Part shown: piece after piece, positions 1-8,060 of the stretch
How the letters are laid out: each line of letters opens with the position of its first letter
Numbering within the stretch: the stretch's first letter is position 1
Virus record (IMG/VR): IMGVR_UViG_3300016265_000505
Location: 1 to 39,439 of that record
From: a virus
Lineage: Duplodnaviria; Caudoviricetes
Length of the DNA stretch: 39,439 nucleotides
Reading direction: 5' to 3' (one strand)
Translations under genes and position numbers: made by a program
The notes under the pieces: generated by a model
Seen by the model: the letters and a program-made list of their open reading frames with translations, nothing else
Databases searched by the model: none
Told to the model about the DNA's origin: nothing

Positions 1-246
1 AATCGCTGAACTGACTGCCAAGCGCAAGCTGGCTGAGGAGAAAGCGGCTTCCCTTGAGGCCATGATTTCTCAGGCCAAGCAGCAGATTCCTGAGCCGAAG
101 GTTGAAAACAACCCCTACGCCAACGTAAATGACATTCAAGAGCTCCAAGCCAAGCGCAAGGAGGTCGATGAGGTCATTGAGTGGGCTGAGGAGGTGTTGT
201 TCCGTTCCGAAGATATGTCCGCAACCGATGTTGCTGTGACAGTTGA
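1..246. repeat. Terminal direct repeat (copy 1), circular assembly overlap
   Basis: 1-246 is identical to 39194-39439 and lies inside the scaffold CDS. Confidence 0.95.
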
Positions 247-757
247 CGGAAAGGACTACACCAAGGCTGACATCCGCGAGTCCCTTCGCAAGGCCCGTAA
301 GGCACGCGACAGATTTTTGCCCGCTCAGTTCTCTGAGCTTCAAGCAAAAGAACAGCGCAACCAGCTTGAAACTGCTTTCAAGCAACAGGCCCGCAAGGAA
401 CTCAACTGGCTTGATGGTGAGGACAATGACACCCGTAAGCGTTTTGAGGCGATGGTTAATGACCCCCGTCTCAAGCGAGTAAAGGAGTCGGTCCCCGACA
501 TCGCGCCGCAGATTGAGTACTTAATCGCTCACGCTGCCAACTCCATGTATGGCCGTAAGCAGATTGATATGAACTCTCCCAAGAGTCCATCTCTCAATCC
601 TCCGTCCAACCCCTCCACAACTGCTTCCGCAAGTGAGCGTGTTGATGGGCGGGTTGAAAAGTCCCTGAAGGAAGTCGAAAGCCGATTTAAACAAACAGGA
701 AGTGCCAATGACTTCATCGCCCTCCGCGCAGCTCAAATCTCTAAACGTAAATCCTAA
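2..757 (+). CDS. Capsid scaffolding protein, C-terminal part (gene starts at 38886 across the circular junction; about 354 aa)
   Basis: Charged coiled-coil protein between portal and capsid. ATG 62 corresponds to 39255, in frame with ATG 38886. Confidence 0.8.
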   Translation: MAELTAKRKLAEEKAASLEAMISQAKQQIPEPKVENNPYANVNDIQELQAKRKEVDEVIEWAEEVLFRSEDMSATDVAVTVDGKDYTKADIRESLRKARKARDRFLPAQFSELQAKEQRNQLETAFKQQARKELNWLDGEDNDTRKRFEAMVNDPRLKRVKESVPDIAPQIEYLIAHAANSMYGRKQIDMNSPKSPSLNPPSNPSTTASASERVDGRVEKSLKEVESRFKQTGSANDFIALRAAQISKRKS

Positions 758-763
758 TTAGTT

Positions 764-1747
764 ATGTCATTCAGCAATACCTACGATACTACCTCTCCCG
801 GTAGCGCGGCCCTCAATCGTGAGGACCTTCAGGACGCCATGTCGATGCTGGCTCCTGCTGAGACCCCCGTTCTCAGTTCTGCCGACAAGTTCAAGGCCAA
901 CGGCACGTTCGTTGAGTGGGGCGTGGACAAGCTCGCCACCCCGTCCTCGACGGCGGTGAGCGAAGGCGCGGATGTCACCGATTTCGAAGACAAGTTCGAG
1001 TCGGTTGCCCGCCTTGGCAACTACGTCCAGAAGCTCCGCCGCTCCTATCGCGTGTCGGACCTCCAGCAGGCCGTCTCCTCGGTTGGACCGCAGGACATCG
1101 CCCGTGCGGAGATGAAGGCCGTCAAGGAGCTCAAGCGTGACGTGGAGAAGACCCTCCTCGGGACGCAGGACCGTGCGGCTGAGAATGGTGGCGGCACCGC
1201 CTACACCATGCGCGGCCTCGGCGATTGGATTGACTCCTCTGGCCCGGCGGACGTTCCCGCCGCCTATCGCACCCCGTCTGGTTCGATCCACTCCTCGGGT
1301 CTGTTCACGGAGACCATCCTGAACAACCTCATCACGTCGATCTATCGCGTGAGCGGTGTGACGAACAGCCTGACGCTGGTTGCCGACACGGCCCTCCGCC
1401 GCGTCATCAGCGACTTCGCCCGTGCTGATTCCAGCACCGGCCCGATCCGCACCTTCAACAGCAATTCGGCTTCTGGCCTTATCAAGCTGTCGGTTGGTCA
1501 GTATCAGTCGGATCACGGCATTGTCACCATCGTTGACATGAACCCCGACTGCTCGCCCAACACCACGGACAAGGACGTTGGCTATCTGGTCAACCCCGAG
1601 TACTACGCGGTGGGTGAGCTCATTCCGCTCGGCTCGACCCGTCTGCCGAATCTCGGCGGTGGCGAGCGCGGCTACGTTGACTGGACCGGCACCCTCAAGG
1701 TGGCGCATCCGGGCGCTCATGGCAAGATCACGGACGTTACTGCCTAA
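764..1747 (+). CDS. Major capsid protein (DUF5309/SU10-like)
   Basis: NREDLxD...APAETP...EW motif; 327 aa; strong C/G-ending codon bias; follows scaffold. Confidence 0.9.
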   Translation: MSFSNTYDTTSPGSAALNREDLQDAMSMLAPAETPVLSSADKFKANGTFVEWGVDKLATPSSTAVSEGADVTDFEDKFESVARLGNYVQKLRRSYRVSDLQQAVSSVGPQDIARAEMKAVKELKRDVEKTLLGTQDRAAENGGGTAYTMRGLGDWIDSSGPADVPAAYRTPSGSIHSSGLFTETILNNLITSIYRVSGVTNSLTLVADTALRRVISDFARADSSTGPIRTFNSNSASGLIKLSVGQYQSDHGIVTIVDMNPDCSPNTTDKDVGYLVNPEYYAVGELIPLGSTRLPNLGGGERGYVDWTGTLKVAHPGAHGKITDVTA

Positions 1748-1770
1748 CCCCAACCAAGGAGACCACTACA

Positions 1771-2217
1771 ATGGCTAAAGTTGCTATCAATGAACTCGGT
1801 GCTTTCACCGATGTGGTTAGTCTGGACTTCAATGACCTGATTGCTATCGGTAACGGTGGCACCCGCGTCATTGCGAAGATTCCGGCTCATGGTGCGGTTG
1901 AGCTTTGCGGTGTGGCCAACACCGTCGACATCGCGGGCTCTAGCTCGCTGGTGATTGACGTTGGCACCACCTCGGCTGACCCCGATGAGTTCATCAATGC
2001 GCTGGACGTTGACGCCATGACGGTTCCGGTGTTCAACACGGGCGACCAGTTCACCGCTGGCACCACCGTGTCGAGCACGGGTCTGTCTCAGGCTGTCAAG
2101 CCTGTCACCTCGGCGACCGACGTTTATATCAAGGTTACGGACGCGGCCATCGCCTCCCTCACCGCTGGTAAAATCGTCATCGGTCTGCGTATCATTGATC
2201 TGGCGAAGTTCGCCTAA
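1771..2217 (+). CDS. Putative capsid decoration/minor head protein
   Basis: Directly after capsid, same codon bias, AAGGAG upstream, beta-rich (IDVGT..DPDEFI), followed by terminator. Confidence 0.65.
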   Translation: MAKVAINELGAFTDVVSLDFNDLIAIGNGGTRVIAKIPAHGAVELCGVANTVDIAGSSSLVIDVGTTSADPDEFINALDVDAMTVPVFNTGDQFTAGTTVSSTGLSQAVKPVTSATDVYIKVTDAAIASLTAGKIVIGLRIIDLAKFA

Positions 2218-2239
2218 GACCAAGACACGCTGCTAGAAT

Positions 2240-2273
2240 GGGGGCGCATCCTGAGGGGTGCGCCTCCTTTTTT
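2240..2273 (+). terminator. Intrinsic terminator after capsid operon
   Basis: GGGGCGCATCC-TGAG-GGGTGCGCCTCC hairpin followed by TTTTTT. Confidence 0.75.
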
Positions 2274-2576
2274 ATGCACATACTTACCAGCGTTCCCGGA
2301 GAAGGGGCTGTCAAGGACGCCCTCATCCGTGAGATAAAGACGGGATTTGAGCTCATCAAGGCCAACGAGAAGAAAGAGGAAATCGTAGCGGCGCATGAGG
2401 CTCAGAAGTGGAAGAACCATAAGACCATCCCGGGCTTGGGCAAGGCGGTGGCTTTCTACCCTGCCGATGAGTATTTTCGGCTTATCCGCAAGTTTGGGCG
2501 GCATGAGGTGAACAGCAAGGAATTCATCCGCTACCATCAGAAGAAGTTCCCCCATTTGGCTCCTAACAAGATTTGA
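2274..2576 (+). CDS. Hypothetical phage protein (head-tail region)
   Basis: Start moved to ATG 2274 (MHILTS...) because the longer ORF start overlaps the terminator. Confidence 0.7.
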   Translation: MHILTSVPGEGAVKDALIREIKTGFELIKANEKKEEIVAAHEAQKWKNHKTIPGLGKAVAFYPADEYFRLIRKFGRHEVNSKEFIRYHQKKFPHLAPNKI

Positions 2577-3187
2577 TGCAAACCGACACCTACAGCAATC
2601 TTCTCTCCTTGGTGAAGGGGTTGAGCGGCAATACGTCGTATACCTCTGCCGAAGAGACGCTGGTTGGTAGTTTCATCAACCGGCGCATTTACAACGCCTA
2701 TCGCAGGAGTGCGTATTGGCCCCGCTATTTGGTGCTGGGAGAGGCCCGTGCAGCCTCCAGTAGTGTCATTCCCTTCGATCAGGCCACCCTCAACAGCATT
2801 GACACCTTTTTGCGTGTCTATGACGAGGCTCCCTACGTCACGAACAGCGTGGATGAGTTTGAGTTCGTGGTAACTGCCAATGGGGCCAAGGTGATTAGCA
2901 ACACGGATAGTCTCACCACCTTCTACGTCGATTACAAGAAGCGTTGGGACGGGGACTACAACAACACCACCAACCAGAACATCCCTCTTGAGTTCTTCCA
3001 TTACGCAGCCCATTCGGCCTTTGCCGACTTCCTGCGCTATGATGGGCAGAATGAGAAGGCGGCGGCTGAGGAAGCCTATGCCGAGAGCCTTCTTGTGCTA
3101 GAATTGGAGAACGCAATGAACCAGCGCAATGCCAACCGAGTGGCTTCGCGGTTCCGCAGTCACGCTACATCTCAATCCCGCTTCTAA
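2573..3187 (+). CDS. Putative head-tail adaptor / tail tubular protein A-like
   Basis: About 204 aa, WP motif, helical C-terminus (IPLEFFHYAAH), syntenic position; start may be ATG 2576. Confidence 0.6.
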   Translation: MMQTDTYSNLLSLVKGLSGNTSYTSAEETLVGSFINRRIYNAYRRSAYWPRYLVLGEARAASSSVIPFDQATLNSIDTFLRVYDEAPYVTNSVDEFEFVVTANGAKVISNTDSLTTFYVDYKKRWDGDYNNTTNQNIPLEFFHYAAHSAFADFLRYDGQNEKAAAEEAYAESLLVLELENAMNQRNANRVASRFRSHATSQSRF

Positions 3188-3189
3188 TC

Positions 3190-3513
3190 ATGGCTAACGC
3201 ACGCATCGTAAACACTCCCTCGCAAGCTGTCCCCCAGAACGGGGTTAGCCATGCCCAAGTGACCATTGGAGCCACCGCCGCAGCCATCTGCTCGTCGCTC
3301 AATGCCGACACCACCCATGTGTTCGTCCAGTTTACGGGTGCCAATGCTCGCGTGACGTTCGACGGGTCAACCAATCCGACCACCTCCCTTGGCTTCCAGT
3401 ATCCCGATGGCTCCACGGCCTATTGGACCCGTACGATGGCTCTCAAGGCCAAGGCGATTCGGGATGACTCCACGGACGTTGTGGTGGAAGTGCAAGAGCT
3501 CAACTATCTGTAA
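3190..3513 (+). CDS. Small virion structural protein
   Basis: Beta-rich 107 aa (RVTFDGSTNPTTSLG), tightly packed in late operon. Confidence 0.6.
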   Translation: MANARIVNTPSQAVPQNGVSHAQVTIGATAAAICSSLNADTTHVFVQFTGANARVTFDGSTNPTTSLGFQYPDGSTAYWTRTMALKAKAIRDDSTDVVVEVQELNYL

Positions 3514-3716
3514 TGCAGTTTGACGTTCCAATCCTCACTCGCCCGTTTACGTCCAACAAGGGGCTCACCCCCTTGGGGGCGGATAGGGAGTTTTGGAGCG
3601 ATGTGTTGATGAGCCGTCCACAGACGGTGGAGCCCGACATCATCTACAGCTTGGTAACGTCCTCTGGGGATAGGTTCGTCGACAGCAGCAGCAATCAATT
3701 TATAGCCGTCACCTAA
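3513..3716 (+). CDS. Hypothetical protein preceding tail fibre
   Basis: TAATG coupling; C-terminal LVTSSGDRFVDSSSNQFI resembles fibre-associated motifs. Confidence 0.6.
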   Translation: MQFDVPILTRPFTSNKGLTPLGADREFWSDVLMSRPQTVEPDIIYSLVTSSGDRFVDSSSNQFIAVT

Positions 3717-3717
3717 C

Positions 3718-5046
3718 ATGGCCGACATCCGCATCAATTCACTTCCTACGACAGCTAGTGCTTCGTCTTCCGACGACTTTCTGGCTCTTGACGGCGCAAC
3801 GAACGGCACGCGCAAGCTGAACGCCTTCAGCCCCACGTTTGGCGGCAACCTCACCGTCAGCGGAGGGACGATTGGCACGGCAGCGTCTACCAACCTCACG
3901 CTCGCGGGTGGCGGCAGCGGTGCGAGTTTGGTGTTGGGGCAGGGTGCGAACGGCGCGGTGGACATCACACCTGCTGCGTCTGGCTCTGGTCGCACGATCA
4001 TTCGCGCAGCCACAGGAACAAACTCTGTGCTCTCAATCGTCCAGAACGGCTACATCATCGGATCTGTTGGCTCTGGTGTCGTCTTCTCCTTGACGGCCGG
4101 CAGCGGCGACGCTACGACTCAAATACAGGGAATCCGAAGTGGTGGCGCATCTACCGGACCGATCGTGATGCAGCCTTTAGGCGGCAACTTCCTACTCGGC
4201 ACGACCAGCGACTCCGCCAACGGCAAGATCCAACTCGCCGACCACACGACGAGCGCGGGCGGGATCGGGTTCGGGACGGATGTTAGCCTCTATCGAATTG
4301 ATGTCGGAGCTTTAGCTTTAGACAACATTGGAGGAAGTGCTCCGAGGTTTGCCATGCGGAGTAATGGCACCATAGCTGCCAATTTGGAAGTAAGCTCCGG
4401 TGATCTTTACTTCGACAATCGCGGTGCTGGAAAATCGCTTTACCTGCGGACCGCTACGTCTGGAGGCACGACCACCACCGCCCTGACGCTGGATAGCTCG
4501 CAGAACGCGACGTTTGCGGGTCGGGTTATCTCAAATGGGACTGGCTTTGGAGTTGGCGCGAACAGCGATGCGAACACTCCTTTCCATGCTTTGACGACGA
4601 CTTTGAATGGCGGCTTTGGTGCTCTGATTAGAAATACGAATGCGGGAGCAAACGCCACAGCCTCTATACTAGCGGAATCAGACGCAGGAACAGCTATTTT
4701 CAGGAATCATAGTCTCGCCCACAGCATCTGGCCCGGTAAAACACTTATAGGTGCTCCTGCTGGTGGGACTGGAATGGTTATCTTGACCGGAGGCGCTGGC
4801 GATCCGATTGATTTCTGGACCAACACCACGCAGGCATTGAGCATTGATGCCTCGCAAAACATTGTGCCGGGAACAGCCGCGCTAGCCACAACCGCCACCA
4901 ACGGATTCATTTATCTGCAAACGTGCGCGGGCGCTCCTACTGGAGTTCCTACAAGCTATACGGGTCGCGTTGCTTCTATCTACGACACGACCAACAACAA
5001 GCTCTACATCTACAACGGCGGCTGGAAGTCCGTCACCCTCGCCTAA
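3718..5046 (+). CDS. Tail fibre / receptor-binding protein
   Basis: N-terminal MADIRINSLP anchor, G/S/T-rich beta repeats, C-terminal IYDTTNNKLYIYNGGW motif. Confidence 0.8.
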   Translation: MADIRINSLPTTASASSSDDFLALDGATNGTRKLNAFSPTFGGNLTVSGGTIGTAASTNLTLAGGGSGASLVLGQGANGAVDITPAASGSGRTIIRAATGTNSVLSIVQNGYIIGSVGSGVVFSLTAGSGDATTQIQGIRSGGASTGPIVMQPLGGNFLLGTTSDSANGKIQLADHTTSAGGIGFGTDVSLYRIDVGALALDNIGGSAPRFAMRSNGTIAANLEVSSGDLYFDNRGAGKSLYLRTATSGGTTTTALTLDSSQNATFAGRVISNGTGFGVGANSDANTPFHALTTTLNGGFGALIRNTNAGANATASILAESDAGTAIFRNHSLAHSIWPGKTLIGAPAGGTGMVILTGGAGDPIDFWTNTTQALSIDASQNIVPGTAALATTATNGFIYLQTCAGAPTGVPTSYTGRVASIYDTTNNKLYIYNGGWKSVTLA

Positions 5047-5055
5047 TCTCCACAA

Positions 5056-5424
5056 ATGCAAACCTCCATCACTCCCGTCGCCGTCTGGCCCGCCACGGCC
5101 AACACGCTCTACATCCGCAGCATCGGCCTCGGCCCGCCGCCGTCGTATTACTACGAACTCCAGAACGTCGAGAGCGTGGTGAAGGACCGCGAGGTGCCGA
5201 ATCCCGCTTATGTTCCCGAGTCCGTGGACGCTGACGGCAACGTGGTGCCAGCGCAGGGCAACCCGACCATCACCGAGAGCTACACGGAGCAGGTAGTGAC
5301 GGTGCTGAAGAATGGCAATGTGGACATGACTCAGGCGCAATGGGCTGCTTGGCCCGCTGATGCGGATGATGACGAGGTGCAGCTTAACGCCATCTCGGCC
5401 AACCTTGGTTTGACCCGTGCGTGA
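5056..5424 (+). CDS. Tail-fibre-associated protein (putative chaperone)
   Basis: Follows fibre; GNVDMTQAQWAAW motif; contains an EVPNPAYVPE-type insert. Confidence 0.5.
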   Translation: MQTSITPVAVWPATANTLYIRSIGLGPPPSYYYELQNVESVVKDREVPNPAYVPESVDADGNVVPAQGNPTITESYTEQVVTVLKNGNVDMTQAQWAAWPADADDDEVQLNAISANLGLTRA

Positions 5425-5851
5425 GCAGCTAAAAGCTGCCTTCACCCAGCTCCCCTACTGCCTAGCCACCTACGTTTGCCTGATAGGCGCGGGGTGGCTT
5501 TTGGCTTTCGGGTGGAAGCCGGTTGAGAACAACCCTCCCGTCTACTTTCAAGAGGCCAAGGTAGGGGATGGCCAGAAGGTGTGGCAGGTGAGCCACACGG
5601 GTAGCATGAAGCCCTTCCTTCAGGGAGGGGAATATGTCGTTACGGAGGCCAATTACGACGCCATTGAGCTAGGTCAAATCTTGGTCTACCAAGCCCCCTA
5701 CAACAGGAGCCCCATAGTTCACAGGGCTGTCCAGAAGGATGAGTTGGGGTGGATAATGTCCGGGGACTCAGCCAAGCACACGGAGTCTTGGTATAGGGTG
5801 ACGAAGGACAACTACTTAGGTACGGTGGTAGCCGTGTACAAATCTCCTTGA
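5417..5851 (+). CDS. S26-family signal-peptidase-like serine peptidase (SipW/Sec11-like)
   Basis: N-terminal hydrophobic segment; GSMKP (Ser), IVHR (His) and MSGD boxes in the expected order. Confidence 0.7.
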   Translation: MREQLKAAFTQLPYCLATYVCLIGAGWLLAFGWKPVENNPPVYFQEAKVGDGQKVWQVSHTGSMKPFLQGGEYVVTEANYDAIELGQILVYQAPYNRSPIVHRAVQKDELGWIMSGDSAKHTESWYRVTKDNYLGTVVAVYKSP

Positions 5852-5883
5852 TTTGACGGAAAAAACACCACTTATTTCCGTCG

Positions 5884-6045
5884 ATGACTAACGAACAAGC
5901 CCTGAATAATCTGTATGCCGCGAGCCGCCGTGCTCCTCTAACCGCTGAGGAGCATGAAATCCTCAGAAAGTCGGCAGAACTCCTATTAGAAGCGATTAAG
6001 CCCAAAGAGGAGGGGAAGGTAGCGGAATTCCCCAAATCGCCTTAA
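5884..6045 (+). CDS. Small hypothetical protein (53 aa, MTNEQALNNLY...)
   Basis: Hand-translated, below ORF-track cutoff; fills the gap in the late operon. Confidence 0.6.
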   Translation: MTNEQALNNLYAASRRAPLTAEEHEILRKSAELLLEAIKPKEEGKVAEFPKSP

Positions 6046-6086
6046 AACGCAAAGGATGGCGTTTTAGAGGCCGTTGTGAGCCATAC

Positions 6087-6548
6087 ATGGACCTATCAAC
6101 TCTACTTGCAGGACCGATAGGGTCCATTTTAGGACTAGGGGGAGCCATCTTCCAGAAATGGCTCTCCATGAAGGAGGCTAGGGAGAAGCATCAAATGAGG
6201 CTGGAGGAGCTTAAGCTGGCCTCCCAGATTGACCTCCAGAAGGCAGACATAGCCCTGAGGCAGTCCATTGAGGAAGGCAATGCCTCCACGTTTGGCAAAG
6301 CCATAGACGCTCAGGCTGGCTTGCGGGCTAATTCGGGCTGGGCTACGGATGTCATAGCCCTGTTCCGACCCGGCCTCACTTTGGCCCTTTGGGTGAGCTC
6401 AATGATTCTCGCGGTGTGGTATCGTAATACCAATCCAGAGCTTATGAGTTTCATCATCACCTCCACGTTTGGGATGTTCTCCATCTCAGTTGGCTATTGG
6501 TTTGGGGTTCGTACCGAGCAGAAGATGGCCATTAGGAGCGTCAAATGA
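6087..6548 (+). CDS. Holin-like membrane protein (3-TM type)
   Basis: Hydrophobic N-terminus, coiled middle, RP-x-LT followed by two TM helices and YWFG.R. Confidence 0.65.
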   Translation: MDLSTLLAGPIGSILGLGGAIFQKWLSMKEAREKHQMRLEELKLASQIDLQKADIALRQSIEEGNASTFGKAIDAQAGLRANSGWATDVIALFRPGLTLALWVSSMILAVWYRNTNPELMSFIITSTFGMFSISVGYWFGVRTEQKMAIRSVK

Positions 6549-6724
6549 ACGTCCATCAGACACGGCAGATTGGGAGTGATGTGTTGGCGATGGTTAGTGC
6601 CTCCTCCTCCATTGCGGCTTGGCAGGAACAGCTTGATTGGGCTCTCCGCATCCTAGCCTCCCTCTTAGCCATTGCAGCCGGTGTCTACTCCATTGTGGTA
6701 CGCTATCGGAGAACTAAGCGATGA
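6545..6724 (+). CDS. Small membrane protein, putative holin (59 aa)
   Basis: Hand-translated MNVHQ...LDWALRILASLLAIAAGVYSIVVRYRRTKR; ATGA overlaps at both ends. Confidence 0.65.
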   Translation: MNVHQTRQIGSDVLAMVSASSSIAAWQEQLDWALRILASLLAIAAGVYSIVVRYRRTKR

Positions 6725-6981
6725 ATCGGAAGAGCAAAGCCGATATGCCCTGCAACCAGCCGATGAAGAGCTGGAGGCCGGGGAAGAAGAAGGTGGTGAA
6801 AGCCTGTGCGAATGGGCAGGAGAGGATTGTCCATTTCGGTGATAGTTCCATGCAGGACTACACCCAGCACAGGAGCAAGAAGCGTCGGGATTCTTATTGC
6901 GCTAGGTCTGGTGGCATCAAGGGCGGGGAAGGAAAGCTCTCCGCCAACTACTGGGCTCGCAAGGTGCTTTGGTCCTGTTAA
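6721..6981 (+). CDS. Small basic conserved phage protein (DUF5754/DUF6321-like)
   Basis: KKKVV...IVHFGD..MQDYTQH...RR.SY.AR...SANYWAR.VLW pattern. Confidence 0.65.
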   Translation: MNRKSKADMPCNQPMKSWRPGKKKVVKACANGQERIVHFGDSSMQDYTQHRSKKRRDSYCARSGGIKGGEGKLSANYWARKVLWSC

Positions 6982-6985
6982 ATTT

Positions 6986-7126
6986 ATGAGCAAATCAGGC
7001 GAAAAGTACAAGTCGAAGAAGGCAATGATGCGCCACGAAAAGGGCGAGAGCAAGCGCGAGGAGATGATGGAGTATGGCTCCATGAAGACCAAGAACCACG
7101 GCACCAGCCGTAAGAAGTGCTCCTAA
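6986..7126 (+). CDS. Small basic protein (46 aa)
   Basis: MSKSGEKYKSKKAMMRHEKGE...; start re-assigned from ORF 6806..7126. Confidence 0.55.
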   Translation: MSKSGEKYKSKKAMMRHEKGESKREEMMEYGSMKTKNHGTSRKKCS

Positions 7127-7127
7127 G

Positions 7128-7271
7128 ATGCCTCTCACCAAAAAGGGTAAGAAGATTATGGCTTCCATGATTGATACCTACGGAAGCAAGGAGAAGGCTC
7201 AGCGAGTGTTCTACGCCTCTGCCAATGCGGGCAAGCTGAAGAACGTAGAGCTCAAGCGCAAGCGGCGCTAA
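7128..7271 (+). CDS. Small basic protein (47 aa)
   Basis: Hand-translated MPLTKKGKKIMASMIDTYGSKEKAQRVFYASANAGK...; common phage small-protein pattern. Confidence 0.65.
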   Translation: MPLTKKGKKIMASMIDTYGSKEKAQRVFYASANAGKLKNVELKRKRR

Positions 7272-7286
7272 TGGTAGGATAGGCGT

Positions 7287-8060
7287 ATGCCTGTCCTTTC
7301 AACAGTTGGCGCGGCAAGCCTCCGCGCATTTGGGGCTTTCAGACCTACTTCGGCAGCGGCTCAATTCATCGTCGCTACGGGAGGGACGGTGTATGTCGAT
7401 CCGAGCAACGCCGACTACAAGATTCATCAGTTTACGTCTAGCAGTACGTTTACAATTACTGCTTGTCCTGTTTCCGCGACAATTCAGTTGATGATGGTTG
7501 GCGGTGGTGGTGCTGGTTTTTATGGTGGCGGTGGTGCTGGAGGATATGTTTGGAGACCTTCCTTTTCCGTTAGTGTTGGTTCATATGCTGTAACCGTTGG
7601 AACGGGAGGCCCAAGCGTTGGAAGCGATGGAACGGACACCACTTTTGGAGGGCTGATAGCCCTTGGCGGTGGTGGTGGAAATGACAGGTCTGGCGGCTCT
7701 GGCGGTGGTGGTGTTGATAATAATGGTGGCGCTGGACTTCAACCTACGTCTGCCTCTGGTGGCTTTGGTAACAAAGGTGGCGACTGGTTGTCATTCGGCA
7801 ATGATGGTGGAGGTGGTGGTGCTGGAAGTGCTGGAACTGTTCCAAATGGAGGTTCTGGACGAACAGCCGACATAATCAGCAGTACAGGAACATATGCCAA
7901 ATTTGCAGAAGGCGGATATGGCAATATTGCTCAAATTTCATATCAACTTCCTTCTGTAGTTGCAAACTCTGGCAACGGTGGATGGGGAGGAGGCTATCAG
8001 GCTGTTAGCTTTGGCTTAGGCCAAGACGGCATTGTGCGTATTCGTTACAAATTCCAATAA
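7287..8060 (+). CDS. Glycine-rich virion protein
   Basis: ATGGT...YKIHQFTSS...VGGGGAG...GGGGAGG...GIVRIRY glycine-rich domain pattern. Confidence 0.75.
   Translation: MPVLSTVGAASLRAFGAFRPTSAAAQFIVATGGTVYVDPSNADYKIHQFTSSSTFTITACPVSATIQLMMVGGGGAGFYGGGGAGGYVWRPSFSVSVGSYAVTVGTGGPSVGSDGTDTTFGGLIALGGGGGNDRSGGSGGGGVDNNGGAGLQPTSASGGFGNKGGDWLSFGNDGGGGGAGSAGTVPNGGSGRTADIISSTGTYAKFAEGGYGNIAQISYQLPSVVANSGNGGWGGGYQAVSFGLGQDGIVRIRYKFQ

Noticed and set aside
1-246. Biological terminal repeat or attL/attR
   Set aside because: The exact duplicate falls mid-gene in the scaffold CDS, typical of circular assembly overlap; no integrase seen
767-1753. 328-aa antisense ORF over the capsid gene
   Set aside because: Shadow ORF from strong codon bias; no protein-like motifs
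1578-1778. Programmed frameshift extension of the capsid
   Set aside because: No slippery heptamer seen; the next gene has its own RBS
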